Assembly (NCBI GenBank): GCA_964016885.1
Contig: OZ024743.1
Span: 264,802,001 to 264,866,000 of the forward strand
Direction of reading: 5' to 3'
Source: Eledone cirrhosa
Lineage: Eukaryota
DNA: 64,000 nucleotides
Shown here: piece after piece, positions 26,954 through 41,289 of the stretch
Layout: each line of letters starts with the position of its first letter
Position numbering within the stretch: position 1 is the stretch's first letter
Notes under the pieces: generated by a model
What the model saw: only the letters and a program-made list of their open reading frames with translations
Told to the model about the DNA's origin: nothing
The model's database searches: none
Made by a program: the position numbers and the translations under genes

Positions 26954-29900
26954 ATGACCTCACTCAGAATAGGCAGCATAAATGCGCGTGGCTTGGGGTC
27001 GTCATGGAAGCAGGGCCACCTGCTCAACGACCTCAGGTCACTAAACATAGATGTAGTGGCCATCAGCGAGACCAGAATCTCCGAAGCACAGGCTTTCGCA
27101 CCGATCTTCGGCGGCTACGATGTGTACGCATCTCCCAGCCGTCCGGGATCGGGGGGAGGAGTTGCTGTGCGTATCGGAGAGGTTTGGATCTTGCCATACG
27201 GGCCATCTTCCTGGACCCAGAAGGTAAGTTGGTGGTGCTGGACGTGACCAGCGGAGACGGGCAAGCTTTCAGGTTAGTGGCCGTCTATGCCCCGACAGGA
27301 GCAGGGCGGCCTGATTTCTTCCGGCGTCTGGAGACCTTTCTTGGAACGTCCCGCTCTTTAGTGTTAGTGGGCGACTGGAACGGGATCTTAGATGCACGCT
27401 GGGATTGTGTGGGATTAGTGGATAGGGAAGGAGAGTGCAAGAGTCTCACCAACCTGCTCAAACGTTTTGAACTGTCTGACAGGTACCGAATGGATTTCCC
27501 GAATGTACCAATGTGGACTTGGACAAATCGCATAGGGTCATCCAGATCATATCTAGATAGAGTATTTTGTAGGGAAATAGATAGGTCTAGCATAGGCTGT
27601 CCACAATTCAAGATAGTCAGCTACACGGACCACAAATTCGTGATCTGTGTGCTTGATTTAGATAGGCTTCATAGACGAGGACCCGGCTACTGGAAGCTAA
27701 ACGCGTCCTTACCAGCGCGCAAGGCCTACAGAGACCGGATTAGCGAACTAGTTAAGCGGGCGTTGACGGGTGCCATCGTCAACAACAAGTGGTGGTTTGC
27801 TCTGAAAAGAGCAATTAGAATAGAGTCCATTAGGTTTAGTAAGACTTTAGCAATAGAGAAAAATAGAGCAGAGGGAGAATTAGTTAGAAAATTAGATGAG
27901 GCGCTTAGCAAAGGCATCGCGACCGACGTACTTGCGGCGAAATTGGCCCTTGACCAATTCTTCAATACAAAGCACGAAGGCTGCGTTGTCAGAGCTAGGG
28001 TGCGTGCTCTCAGACACGAGGGGACGAAAGCCGTTCAATGGGCCCGAGTGGCGGAGGCGCGTCGTGGCAACAAAGCCACGATCCGGTCTTTGGTGGACCA
28101 CGACGGGCGCATGCTACTCGATCCCGGGCAAATGTGTGAAGCTTTTCAGCGACACTTCGCTCAACTGTTCGGGGGCAGTGGCGGGCCGGATCGAGGGATG
28201 GACTTTAGTGTCTACCTCGACGGACTGCCGCGGCTTTCGGCCACTGAGGCGGAGTGTTGCGAAAAGCCGATAACAACCGCTGAAGTACGGGATGCAATGA
28301 CTAGTTGCACAAGGGGCAAATCGCCTGGTTTGGATGGTCTGCCCTATGAACTTTACGTACAAATGCCAAACTTGTTCGGAGGCCTCTTGGCGGACGTCTA
28401 CTGCAACTGGCAACAGAACGGGAGAATTCCCAGTTCTGTGAGCCGAGGAGCGGTGGCGCTGCTGAGAAAGGATCCGAACAAGGGGGATAACATAGATCAT
28501 TTTAGGCCCATAACTCTGCTAAACACAGAGTTCAAGATTTTGGCCAAGGTGCTAGCAAAGAGGTTGGCGCTTGTCGTTGGTGGTCTGGTGGGAGAGGCAC
28601 AGACATGCGCCATTCCCGACAGATCCATCCACGACAACCTCCACCTCATGCGATACATCGTAGAGAGGGTAGCTAGGGAACCTGGCACGGGTGGGTCTTT
28701 GATCAATTTAGATCAGTCGAAAGCCTTTGATAGGGTCGACCATCGTTACCTAGCGGCAGTCCTGAGGGCGGCTGGCTTTGGGCCCGTCTTCAGAGGCTGG
28801 ATCGCTGCCATGCACAGCGACATCTGCTCTGTAGTGAGAGTGAACGGTCACCTTTCGGAACCGTTCAACATCATGCGCTCGGTCCGCCAAGGATGTCCCC
28901 TCTCGTCCCTATTGTACGTATTGACTCTCGAGCCATTACTGCACAAACTGGAGACGTTGAGGGGGGTCCCGCGCGAACTAGGATGCGGAAGATCCGTGTC
29001 AGCATATGCCGACGATGTCACCGTAGTGGTGTCGAACGTCAAACACATCGAGGCGATCGGCACTACACTAAGAGAATACGAAGCGGTGACAGGAGCAATG
29101 ATCAACCAGGAAAAGTCAGTGGGCCTGCAGCTCGGCACCTGGAGAGGCAGGTCCATGCCGTCCAACAGCGTCGTCGGGCGCTGGACGGACGGACCGGTTA
29201 AATTGCTAGGGGTCTGGTTCGGTCCAGACCTCCAGACGGACAAAAACTGGGACGAGGTGACGAGCAGGGTGGCTTCTCTCACCCAGAAATGGGCGGAGAG
29301 GAAGCTATCCCTGAAAGGTCGAGCAGAGGTGGCGAATGCGTACATCGCATCCGTCATCTACTACCGCCTGACCGTCGTACCTTGTCCTAAGCCCCGCCTG
29401 ACTGCGCTGGAGCGTTTGCTCTTTCGCTTCTTGTGGAAGGGACGCGCTCCGATGGTCAGGCGGTCCATCTGCTGTCAACACCCGCTACGTGGAGGGCTGG
29501 GCATGCCGTGGCTGATGATGCGCAGACACGCGCTCAGGCTACGACATCTCCACCTCTTCCTCGACGGTGATCAGGTGTGGTCGCCGTTTGCAAGGCACGT
29601 TTTTCCCCAGCTCGTCTCCTTGACGGAGCTGCAGTCCTGGGTCAAGCGAAGACCGAGAGGGAGCGCCTGGAGACTGGAATGTCTTCACGCGCTCACAGCC
29701 CTCGACCAATCGGGCAATGTGATCGGTGGAAACTCCACCTTGGCGTTCTATAGGGGATTAGTGGAGGGGAAGAGCGACGACGTACTTGGAGAAACTCTAG
29801 GCGTCGACGAAAATCAACTAGCCAATCTCTTCGGAAGGACTTTCGGGCCGGGGCCTATGGACAACTTCCAGAAATCCCTGGCCTGGCAGTGCTACCGAGG

Positions 29901-30372
29901 AGCTTTGCCAGTTCTGGATAAACTCTACAGGCACGGAGGTGCCGTCAGCCGGGCATGTCCGAGATGCGCGCAGGGCGACGAAACCGTCCTGCACGCACTC
30001 GTCCAGTGTCCGAGCATTGCTGACTTGTGGGTTTATGTCGAACACCTGCTGTCACGTGTAGGTCCTATCCGGCTATCAGCTGAGTCCATCGTGAGGATTG
30101 CCCCGCCCCCTTCCTTTATCCTGGAAGGGCAGGCAGTTTTTATTTGTCTGGTGGCCATGGCGAAAGAGATAGTATGGTGGACACGTTTGAAAGGGCTGAA
30201 GACGAGCACTTACCTCTTCGGTGATGCCCTGATTAACTTTTTCAAATTTCATTTGAAAAGGAAAATCAGGGTAGAGAGGGAAGTGCTCTCTTCCCAGCAT
30301 TTTGTTGAAAGATGGGTGAGAGAAGCAAGTATGGCCCGAATGAATGGGCCTTCTCTGAGTATGTGTCTGTAA
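26954..30372 (+). CDS. LINE ORF2: apurinic-like endonuclease, reverse transcriptase, C-terminal Zn motif; one frameshift at ~27170
   Basis: SINARGL, ISET, LVGDWN, YLDRVF, YTDH (APE); KSPGLDGL, FRPITLLN, LDQSKAFDRV, RQGCPLS, YADD (RT); CPRC...ETVLHALVQC. Confidence 0.93.
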
Positions 30373-30657
30373 ATTAAAGGTGGAAAACTGGGAGAAGGCA
30401 CTTGCCCTGGTGGTCAGGGCCACTGTGGTCTTTTAATGGGCTTTCTCCACAAATGTCCCTTGGAAGTCTCCCCCCTATTGGGGAATTTTTCTTTGTTATT
30501 TTATTTCAACCTCTGTTTTTTTACACGCAGAAATGCCCATTTGTACCGTCCTGTATTGTCCTGTACTGTCCTTAATGTCTACTTTATGTGAACCCTTGTG
30601 GTTAATAAAGAAAACATTATTATCACTACTATTATTATTATTATTATTATTATTATA

Positions 30658-32612
30658 GTTGCATTTATCTTGCTTTATGTTCATACGAGTTATCACCAAG
30701 TCACAACCAGTGACCTCAAGAGACAACAAGCTCCGCCATGTTCGAGAAAGAACATACATACTCACACATGCATCTTTAGTGTTTAGACTTGTGATGTACT
30801 TATATTGACAGAATCTTCCTTAGTATATGGGCAGTTCCCATTAGTACTATCTTTTGTATTTCTCCTATACGCGGGTTTCCTGAGATTTGCGATAAGTAAT
30901 CATTAGACCCCTTAGGTATCATTCCCAGAGCGCCTACAACCACTGGTATTGTTTTAGTTCTCAATTTCCACATTTTTCCAATTTCTATCTCCCAGGTCCT
31001 TATACTTGCTCAATTTTTCAAATGTTTTTATAGATACATTCTTGTCTATTGGAACAGACATATCAATTAGCAGGCATATCCTCTTTTGAAAGTCTTTCAA
31101 TATTATATCAGGTCTGTTTGCATCTATTTTTCGGTCTGTTTGGATGCTAAAGTTCCACAAGATTGAGATGTGATATTTTTCAAGTATGGGAGGTGGTTGA
31201 TGCTCCCACCAATTCTTTTGATGGGGCAGGTCAAAATGCTTACACATTATCCAATGTATGTATTGTGCAGCTCTGTCATGCCTGTTTAGGTATTCGGTTG
31301 GAGCTATAGGACTGCACATTGAAATTATATGGTCTCTGGTTGTTTTTTTGCATACACGGCATAATGGGCTGCACCCATTTTTTATTATGTTGGCTTGGTA
31401 ATTTTTTGTTGGCAGACACTGATCTTGTGCCGATATAATCAGTCCTTCAGTCTCCGATTTCAGTCCAGAGGATGCCAACCACTGATGGGTTAAAGTTTTG
31501 TCAACATCGGGATTGTTAGCTCGTTCTGGGTATTTTCCATACAGAGGCTTTTCTTGCCATTTCTTAGCCAGTTTCTGTAGCAGTTCTTTCTTTGCAGTTA
31601 CTTTTACCTGCTTTGCTTTCTCTGTGTTTTCCATTTCAGCAGTAAATGGGACTTCTGAAATGTGTAGTCCATTACTGTATCTTTGTGCATCTTTTGTAAT
31701 GGAATATGATCCTTTGATGCTTTCGTGTTTCAAAACGAGTTTGATCATCCAATCATGTGATTCCCTTAGATATGTAGATAATCCAATTGTTGCAGTTTTC
31801 AAAGCAATGTCTAACTGGATTAACCCACGTCCTCCTTCTTTCCTAGGGAGAGATATTCTATCTGTATCTGCCTTTGGGTGATGCATTCTGTGCATGTTTA
31901 AGAATTTTCGAATTTTTGTATCGAGCCTACGGATCTCTGTGCTTGACCAGTTGATGACATTGTAACTGTAGGTTACTACTGGTATGGCAAGCGTGTTTAT
32001 GGCATCGATCCTATTCCTTGCATTCAATTCCGTCCTTAAGATTGCTCTTACTCTGCGGAACATTCCTTCCTTATCCTTTCCCTCATTGTCGAGTGCTTGA
32101 TTCCGTCTCCTTCACAAACACCTAGATATTTGTAAGTTGTTTCTTGATCAAGTTCTCTTATCACGTTCCCCCGATCAAGGTTAATGTCTGAACTCTTCAG
32201 CAGCTTTCCTCTGGTGAACGTTCCTTTGGCGCATTTATCTAGTCCAAACTCCATTTTAATGTCATCACTGAACTGCTCCACAGTGGATAATAGCCCTTGC
32301 AATTGTTCATCATTTTTTGCAAATAGTTTCAGGTCATCCATGTAGTACAAGTGATTAATGGTTTTGTCATAGACTTTATATCCATGTTTTGTTTCATTGA
32401 GCATTTTACTTGATGGTATAAGTGCGATGCAGAATAAAAGCGGTGATAAAGAGTCACCCTGAAAAATTCCACAATTAATATTAACTTCTCCAGCTTCCAG
32501 TGATTTTGTTTAACTATTCAAAAGGAGTGTCGTTTCCCATGTCTTCATACTGAATGACAAAAACCTCCTGACAACGGGGGATATTTTGAAAATCTCTAAA
32601 CATTTTTCAATT
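30658..32612 (-). mobile_element. 5'-truncated R4/Dong-like RLE retrotransposon (RT C-terminal half, CCHC, restriction-like endonuclease), frameshifted
   Basis: GIFQGDSLSP, INHLYYMDDLKLFAK, YKYLG, CRVC...HIISMC, YLNRHD, NRPDII...LIDMSVP...KY; flanked by (TAA)n. Confidence 0.9.
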
Positions 32613-32616
32613 ATTA

Positions 32617-32647
<31 letters not shown>

Positions 32648-32662
32648 CATTATTATTATTAT

Positions 32663-33828
32663 TCCTTGAATCTCAGTCATTGATGTTGGTTAACTGGTAA
32701 GTCCGTTGGAATGAATATCAAGTCACTACCTGCAGCCTCAGATATTCACGACGTATCGGAGGGTTCTTGCTGTTCCCAGCAAGCATGCCTTTTAAAGCGT
32801 TCCAAACAGCGTGAGGGGGCCGATTTTCTTTAACCATCCCTGGAAACTTTTGGAGATAGTCCCCAGTGCGCCTATGACAATCGGGATCACTTTGACTTCA
32901 TGGCAGTTCCAAATCCTTTTTACCTCCCACTTTAAGTCCTGGTATCGGTTAATTTTCTCCCTCTCCTTCTCTTGCACTCTCGTGTCGAATGGGCAGGCCA
33001 CATCCACAATCAGACACGCTCTTTTTTCTTTGTCCACAACCACCAGGTCAGGTCTATTGTAGTCCAGTTTCTTGTCCGTCTGTATCCTAAAATCCCACAG
33101 CACCTTCACCTGATCGTTCTCCATCACCGCCTCTGGCCTATGCTCATACCATTTCTCAGAATGTGGTAAATTGTTTACTTTGCACAGGTGCCAGTGGATC
33201 ACCCTGCCCATCACATCATGTCTCCAGCCCTTATAGTGGGTCTGGGCTAGGCGTTTACACTCGGACACAATGTGAGCCACAGTCTCCTCTCTCTCTCCAC
33301 ATATCCTGCACAGTGGGCTAGCCTCCTCCTTGTAAATATGGTGTTTCACACATTCCTTTTTGAGGGCCTGCTCCTGCGCAACCATTAACATTCCTTCTGT
33401 AGCCTTTTTGAGGTCTCCTCTTCTCAACCAGTTCCATGTCTGTGGATCTCTAAATTCAGTTTTCTCAAAGAAGGTACTATGAAGGGATTTTCTCTGAAGG
33501 CTGCTCTTTCTCCTTGTTGTTATTTACTCCTTGGACATCCCCTGGCCTACTGTCCCCTCCTTCAGTACAGTTCTGAGCATTGGCTCCTTACTATCAGTCA
33601 CGTATTTGTATAGGTTGTTTTTCTCCATCTGAACACAGTCCTCTATGCTGATAAGACCTCTTCCACCCTCAGATCTCCTCAGGTATAGTCTATCGACATC
33701 ACTCCTCTTGTGGAACATGTTGTAGATAGTCAATAGCTTCCTTGTCTTCCTATCCATTTCTTTTTGTTCAGCAACATTCCATCTCAGAATTTCCGCACTG
33801 TACCTAATAATAGACACAGCTCGGGAAT
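32663..33828 (-). mobile_element. Second 5'-truncated R4/Dong-like element (different family)
   Basis: DRLYLRRSEGGRGL, CRICGEREETVAHIVSEC, WRHD, NRPDLVV...VDVACPFD...IVIGALG; (TAA)n on both sides. Confidence 0.9.
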
Positions 33829-33869
33829 TTATTATTATTATTATTATTATTATGATTATTATTATTATT

Positions 33870-34410
33870 GGAGTCATTGATTTTATTTAACTGGAAAGTT
33901 TGTTCACATGAACATCAAGCCGTTACCTGCTGCGTCAGATATTCAGGACGTATCGGATGGTTCTTGCTGTACCCAGCAAGTATGCCTTTTGAAGTGTTCC
34001 AAAAAAGGGGGTTTGACTATTGTTTTTTTAACCATCATTGAAAACTCTTCGAGATAGTATCTAGTCCTCCTATAACCATCGTGACAGCGCCAAATCCTTT
34101 TTAATTCACACTTTAAATCATGGTATCTGTTAATTTTCCCCTCCTTTTCTTGCACTCTTGTGTCAAACGGGCAGACTACCTCTACAATCAGGTACGACCT
34201 TTTTTCCATGCCAAAACCTACCAGGTCAGGCCCATTTGTGTTCTAATGTATTGTCTGTCTGTATCCTAAAATCCCATAGCACCTTCACTTGATCTTTTTT
34301 CTATTATCCACTCTGGCTTATGTTCATACAGTTCCTCAGAATGTGGTAAATGATTTAGTTTGCATAAATGCCAGTGAATCACCTTTCCAATTATATCATG
34401 CCTCCAACCT
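33870..34410 (-). mobile_element. Third, more decayed R4/Dong-like 3' fragment (same family as 32663-33828)
   Basis: GWRHDIIGKVIHWHLCK, VVCPFDTRVQEKE; same 3' UTR. Confidence 0.85.
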
Positions 34411-34434
34411 TTATTACTACTATTATATATATAA

Positions 34435-34623
34435 GGGCGGTGGATTGGCAGTATCGGTAGAGGGTCGGACGCCATGCTTTCCAGCATAGTTACGTCCCTT
34501 TACGATCTGAGTTCAAATCCCGCCGAGGTTAATTTTGCCTTTCATTCTTACGGGGTCGATAAAATAAAGTACCAGTAATGCACTGAGTAATTGCTGGCCT
34601 TGTGCCAAAAAGTAGAAACAATT
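34435..34623 (+). mobile_element. tRNA-derived SINE, full length
   Basis: Family head, core and tail. Confidence 0.9.
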
Positions 34624-35557
34624 ATATATATATATATATTATCATGTCCCAATTAATAGGGGGAGGGGTATAACTAGTTTGTTTTGATTTTTTAAAATGA
34701 CAATTAATCGTTTAGTTTACATTATGAGGCCATAAAACATCTTTTTTTTTAATATAACTTATGAGATTTCTTGTAATGTAAGTTTGTGTCACGTATAATG
34801 TTTCGTAACGCCTAAAGAGAATTAATTGTTGCAGGAACGCGACCACTCAACTTCCACAGGTTTTCAGAACCAGATATCCGATGCTTTCGCAGTACGTTCA
34901 CTCAAGTAACTTGGTGTCACTGACGTGGTGTTTCTATTCAATTCCAGCAAATCCTCTGCTATTTTTCTTTTATTTGTGAAAACGTTCAAGCTATTTGTAA
35001 CCATGCAAGTTGATATGCCATTGCGAGGTACAGAGCACACAATGAAGAAGTAGAAATATCTCTCTGGTTTACAGCATTTTAAAAGTTTATAATTTCAGAC
35101 AACGTTCCACAAACATTTACATTAATAACCGTGCCCTCAGAAAAACCTTTCAGAATACTCCGAAATGTTCCAGTGAACCGAACCATCTCCAATGTTTTAC
35201 GCCCACCCACCAGCATCGACTCTGAGCATTATGGAAAATGCTCTTTTGAGCTAGTACGAATTCGTAGCCCGTTGTTAGCAATTCTAAGTAAATACTTCCC
35301 AGAAAAGATCATGTCAGCCTTGACACGTCCCTTATGAATACTTGATTGGGATTCCGGAAGTGCATCACAGGTATTCAACATAAGCAACAATACAATAGAA
35401 TCCCGCACACAAAACCTTGCCTGTCAGGGAGGGCAAATATATACATTTATATACATATATGATGGTTTATATACATATATGATGGCTTCCCCCTCGTTAT
35501 CGAGTATGGTCATAAATATATATACATATATACATACATACATACATACACACACAC

Positions 35558-35621
<64 letters not shown>

Positions 35622-36504
35622 TAACGCAAACAGAAATTATTAGAAATTGCCATGTTGTGGAGGAGTGACACATGCAAATAAGATTTAGTAAATAGATCTA
35701 ACCTACCAACAATTACGGGTTATCAAAGAAAAAAAAACCAAAGGAAAAGAAAATTTGATATTACAATAGTAAGTTGGCAAAATGGGTGCAGCCCCATAAT
35801 GAAATATTCAGTTGAGTGGTAGTCTCATGTAACTATATCACGCCATTTTTGTACCAAACACAGGAATAGGAAATACAAGAAAATAGAGCTTTTAAGCAAT
35901 CAATCAAAATGAAATTATTTACGAAGTATAGAATGTATAGAATATAACATGATATGATATATCTGTATATATATATATATATATATTTAGAGAACGAGAG
36001 TGATATAGGTTTATATATATATATATGTGTGTGTGTGTGTATGTGTTTTTGCGTGTGGGTGTAGGTGTGTGTTTGTAGGAGTGTGATTGTGAGTATGTGT
36101 ACTTCTGTATCTCTGTGTGTGCGTGATGACGATATTTAGAATATAGGTTTATCTTTATGTGTATATATATATAGATGTATGCATGCATGAAACTTTCTTA
36201 AGTATACTAGTTAGACTTTCATTGATTTGATTATTTGATAGGGAGGGTCTCACGTTCTATCAGTGGAGCTTGCTTGGACGTCCAAAACATGTAATTAATA
36301 TGTAAATGTATTCCGTGTAGAAAGTAGATAATGCTTCAAAATGACGGAACAGTAGATTTAGTATTAATCTAAAAAATAATTACATTGACAACATAAAGAA
36401 ATAAAACCTACTCTATATATATATGTGCGTGTGTGCGTATGTGGGTGTGGATGTGGATGTGCGTGCGTGTGTGTGTGTGTATGTGTCTACTATTATTAAT
36501 ATTA

Positions 36505-38810
36505 TTGGCATCCGTCGGTCTTGTAACACCATGGATCTGCGCCTGAAGAATGTTTCGTCAGCTGCTGATGGCAATGCAGTGTCTGCTGTGGCTATGCTGG
36601 CCCACACGGGAGTGGCAACTGTATATGCAGCGAATTCGTTTGTAGATGCACTCTATGTTGTTGTTTTTCGAGCACGCTTCGTGGTCCATCACCTTGCGCA
36701 GTACTCGTCTTCATAGTGGGTGGACATTAGCTACCTCCTCCCATCTCTAGGTGTCCAGGTTTATTGACTCCATATCCCTTCTGCAGATGTGTTTGAAATT
36801 AAGATGAAGTCGTCCTCTTGCTCTTGTGCCGGAGGCCAGTTCCCCATACATTAGGTCTTTTGGAATCCTCCTATCCGGCATGCGATTTACGAGACCCAGC
36901 CAGCATAGATGGCGCTGTCTGAGCAGGGTATATATGCTCGGTATATTGCCGTGGTTGAGAACTTCAATGTTTGTGACCCGGTCAGTCCACTTGATATCCA
37001 AAATGCGTCTCAGGATATGACCGTGGAAGTCATTGAGACGCTACTCTGCGGTACAGTGGTGATATGAGGACGCACACCTTGTAGGCTGCAATCTATTTGT
37101 AGTAAGTTTTCTGTTCTCCCAGACTCTCTTCGTCAGCATGGCAAATGTGAAGGTTGCACGTTTAATTCTCCTGCTGATCTCGGGGTCCAGGTTGAGGTTA
37201 TCAGTGATGGTGGAGTCAAGGTACATGAATTCGGCTACCATCCCCAACTCGTAGGTTTTGCTGATAATAGTGGTGTTGTGCTTGAGATTTTGGCCTAGTA
37301 TGTTGGTTTTATTGAGTCTAATTGTCAGGCTTAATTCCTGGCAGACCCACGAGAATGTGCTTATGAGATGCTGCATTTCTCTTCAGGTAGCGCGGCCAAT
37401 GCCTCGTCATCTGCAAACAGCATTTCTCTGATGTGTACGTCGTGAAGCCTGGATTACACTTTCAGCCTTGACAGACTAAACAGCCTCTCGTCTGATCTGG
37501 TGTTGGAGTAGACAACCTCGGTTGACTTATGTCCCCTTTGTGTATGTTTTATAATTGTTTCCACATTTGGCACAAGGCCAGCAATTACCCAGTGTATTAC
37601 TGGTACTTTATTTTATCGACCCTGTAAGGATTAAAGGCAAAGTTAACCTCGGTGGGATTTGAACTCAGAATGGCAAGGGCCGTAACTCTATACGTCAAAA
37701 TGACAGCGAAAAAGATGCCAAACAGACTAGGGGCTAGCGCACATGCCTGATTCACACCATAGCACATGTTAATCGTCTCGAAACAAGAGCCATCAAATTG
37801 AACATCTTTCATATCTACATGAAACAACTGGACTATCCTAAGAAGTCTTAGAGGAGAACCAATTTTGGCAAGGATTTTGAACAGGCCGTCTCTAATCACT
37901 AGATCGAATGCCTCCTGTCGCTATTGAAGGGAAAAGATCATGTTGATCGTATAGCGTGCTGCTTTGAAACCACACTGAGATTCGGGGTATACCCACTCAG
38001 CAATTCTCTGTAATCTTATCAAGACCACGGGGTACAAAGACCTTCCCCACGATGCTTAATATCAAGATGCCTCACTAGCAATTGCAGACGCTTTTTGCCG
38101 ATTTGTTCTTTTACAGGGTGACTATGTTGCAGTCTCTCGTGTCTTGTGGGATAGTTCCCTCGTCCTAGCACTGACACAGTAGTTACAACAAGTGGCTAAG
38201 TAGCACTCCATTTGCACACCTGATGACCTCTGGGGCTGCCGTCACATCCTGGTGCCTTTCCAGCAGGTAAGCCATCAATGGGGCTGCACGATTCTTCAGC
38301 ATTCGGCAATGTATCTAGCTCCTCTATGACGGGTAAGTATTCCACGGTGTTTAGCGTATTCTCTGAGATGCTTTAGAGTTTGGAATAATGTTTCATCTCT
38401 CCAACTGCTCTCTTTTGCCTTCGATGACCATACCTGTTCTGGCTTTGAGTCGAGCGGTCTTGTTCGTGGTTGGGCCGATGGCTTTCTTGATGCCCTCATA
38501 CATTCCCCGAATGTTACCTGTGTCAAATGACAGCTGGATGCCTTCGCCTAGCAGTAACAAGAGTTATTTGCATAGAGTCTCGCATACTTTTTCTGTGCTG
38601 TTCCACGGTGATTACAATGCGCTTAGTGTAGCATTGGTGGGTTGGTGTTTGTGCTTTAAAATGGCAGCGCTCTTCTCCTCCGTCATCTCATTGAGCTCAT
38701 TCGCACTCTCCTGAAACCAGTCAGTTGCAGCTCTTCGCTTCTTCCCGGAGGCCATCAATGCAGTGCCATGAATGATGTCTCTGAGAGAATCCCCCTTCAC
38801 CTTCCAAAAT
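36505..38810 (-). mobile_element. Decayed RTE-clade (BovB-like) LINE, 5'-truncated and interrupted by a SINE
   Basis: DIKWTDRVTNIEVL...WLGLVNRMPDRRIPKDLMYGELASGTRARGR; LFADD; ALAPSLFGIFF; DWFQES. Confidence 0.88.
37553..37690 (-). mobile_element. Partial tRNA-derived SINE inserted in the RTE
   Basis: Family core and tail; head truncated. Confidence 0.85.
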
Positions 38811-38821
38811 CATAATATATA

Positions 38822-38863
<42 letters not shown>

Positions 38864-41289
38864 GTATATGCATGGGGAGGAACGAGGGCACACGTGTGCA
38901 CTCCTTTTAATGTGTAACTCATCGTTCAGTAACGTATATATATTTGGGAATATTCGTGTATATTTACATGTTTATGTAAATACATACTCTTACTTGAAAC
39001 GCATGCTGTTTGTGGTCAGTGACCTTGTTGCTTTGTTTCCTGTTGTGGCAAGGGTACCGGCTTCAACCATTTATATATTTGGTCTCGTATTGTAAAAGCG
39101 TTTCTCACGATATAATCGGATGAGTAAGCATTTTCGTATCGGTTATTTCTACCTACCATCTCAACCAGAGCAAGTGAGACACCACATATAAATGATAGAT
39201 ATTTTCAGAAGCGATTGGAGTTCCACGTGCTTCTGCAACAATAGAATACCTCTATAAGCATTGTTCCGTCACTGGGATGGTGCACTTTATGTGAAAACAA
39301 TCCCATTTCTTCGGTCCCTAAATATGATGGGTCCTATATTGAAACCCATGATAGGGAGGGACTGCCTATTTAAATAGAATAAGAACTGGGTGAAACGATG
39401 GCCAAACTCGATAAGATATAAATAACAACTGCAATAAACAGTACAAGCTATCATATTTTGGGGGCATGATCCGCTTCAAGCTTGCTCGGAGGGGAATGTA
39501 TGTTTGGACAACATGTGCCATAAAAAGCAACCTCCACCAGAAGACGGACGAATTCCGGAAAGTCAACGGTCATCCAATAGTGTGTAATAGAATGGATAGA
39601 CAAAGCACATTGCTTAAGAATCTGTCTAGAATAAATAATAATCTGATTTCAAACCCGGGGTAGAAGGGACTCCTTAGTCACCTTGGTGACAACTTTTCAA
39701 GTAGCCAACGGCTTCTTTCTGGTAATGAAAACACATGAGCTGCGGCTGAATAGTCAGCTTCCAATATCTTGTCGGATGAGTATCCGGGACTCAATGGCTT
39801 GAATTAGTGGTGGAGCTATTTTCGGTGGTCCCCAAACCTCCGCCCTGAGAATGTGAAGACAGCAGACCAATAGAAATTGTGAAGAATGTTAGTAACACCA
39901 ATGATAATGATGATGATTATTATGTGAATAATTAATACGTGTGTTAATAGCCACGATGAGAAAAAGCATGAATAACTAGAGAGAAAATATGAAGGTAAAG
40001 ACGACAAATAAAAATAAGATAAAGAAACTGATGAAGTGAGAAGTTGCGGAGAGTTCATTAGCTTTCATGTCTTTATACATTATAATAAACCACGAGTCTT
40101 AAACACGCAGCCCGAGTGTCCCATGCATCATGCAAACTACTTTCCAAGCCTGCGGCAGAACAAATTACGTAACCAATTAAGAACAATTTTAAATGGAACA
40201 TTTGTCCCCTTATAGTTTGTACTAATTTACATATTCTAATTAGTATTATACGCGTATTCATTTTGAATAATATTGCGACCCCTGCAATATACCTTGAATT
40301 CACTATGCAAATATCATTTCCTCTCAGACATAAATAGATTGAGTTTACAGTTTATTCCATTAGAATTAAAATAGATAGATATATTGATAGGTAGTAGTTG
40401 TCAGACAAAATAACCAGTATTAAGAGGTTAAATATATTTACATTTACTATGACAAACTGGGTATATCGTGTGAGAGCCTGTTCAAAGTTAACTTTCGTGT
40501 CAGTTTTGATCCTGGTTTTGGATTGTAAAATCTTGATTACAATGGCGTGATAGTATTTGTTGAATATATGAAGAGATAGCCAAACTTTTGTTTGTAACAG
40601 CTCTGATTATTATCAGCTCTCTTCTTTTGATGCATGTATTTTGTTTATTTTTAGCTTTTCTTTTCATTATGTGTTTGTTTCTTTTTAACTCTTGTTTGGT
40701 TCTAATTTTTACATCATTTTGGTTTATATTATTATATGTTGCACATTGTGAACTTCACACATATATGTATGCATGTATGTAAATGTTGCTCTTCTAAATT
40801 TGCGTGGGTGAGCAGAACAAGTTAATGCTCGTAAATATGAGGGAAAATAAGAAAGAAATACAGCCTGTAAGGAAATATGAAATTAATGGAATGTTTTCTA
40901 TTTATAGGTTTTGACAAAATATGTATGTCCAAGGCTGGACTTTAATCTTATATAAGAGTACAGGGTAGCGCACTTCCCCCTGACTACAAAACATACATAC
41001 TACTTCACCCTTATTAATGCCACATATACCGTAAGATTTGCAAATCTGGAGGAAGTATAAAGAGCTATTTCAAAGTTAATCAGGATCAGACAACACAGGC
41101 AGTTCAAGATGCACCAAAACTAATGTCCAATTTATGAGAATATTTTTTAGAAGAACGTCTAGTCTAAAAATCCTTGCTAGAACTGAGCACCATGTGCACT
41201 GAAGTGATCACGCTTTGTATTCAGCAATTTACCTGTACGTGTATATGTGTGTATGTGCATATATTGTTCTTGTGACGCGAAACTCCGCC

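Larger units (their letters stand above)
24718..30615 (+). mobile_element. Full-length Tx1/L1-clade non-LTR retrotransposon (~5.9 kb)
   Basis: 5' UTR, ORF1 with zinc knuckle, ORF2 APE-RT-Zn, 3' UTR ending in aataaa; flanked by (ATT)n on both sides. Confidence 0.92.

Noticed and set aside
39040-39830. Possible decayed retroelement coding sequence
   Set aside because: No motif could be recognised with confidence; needs a translated search
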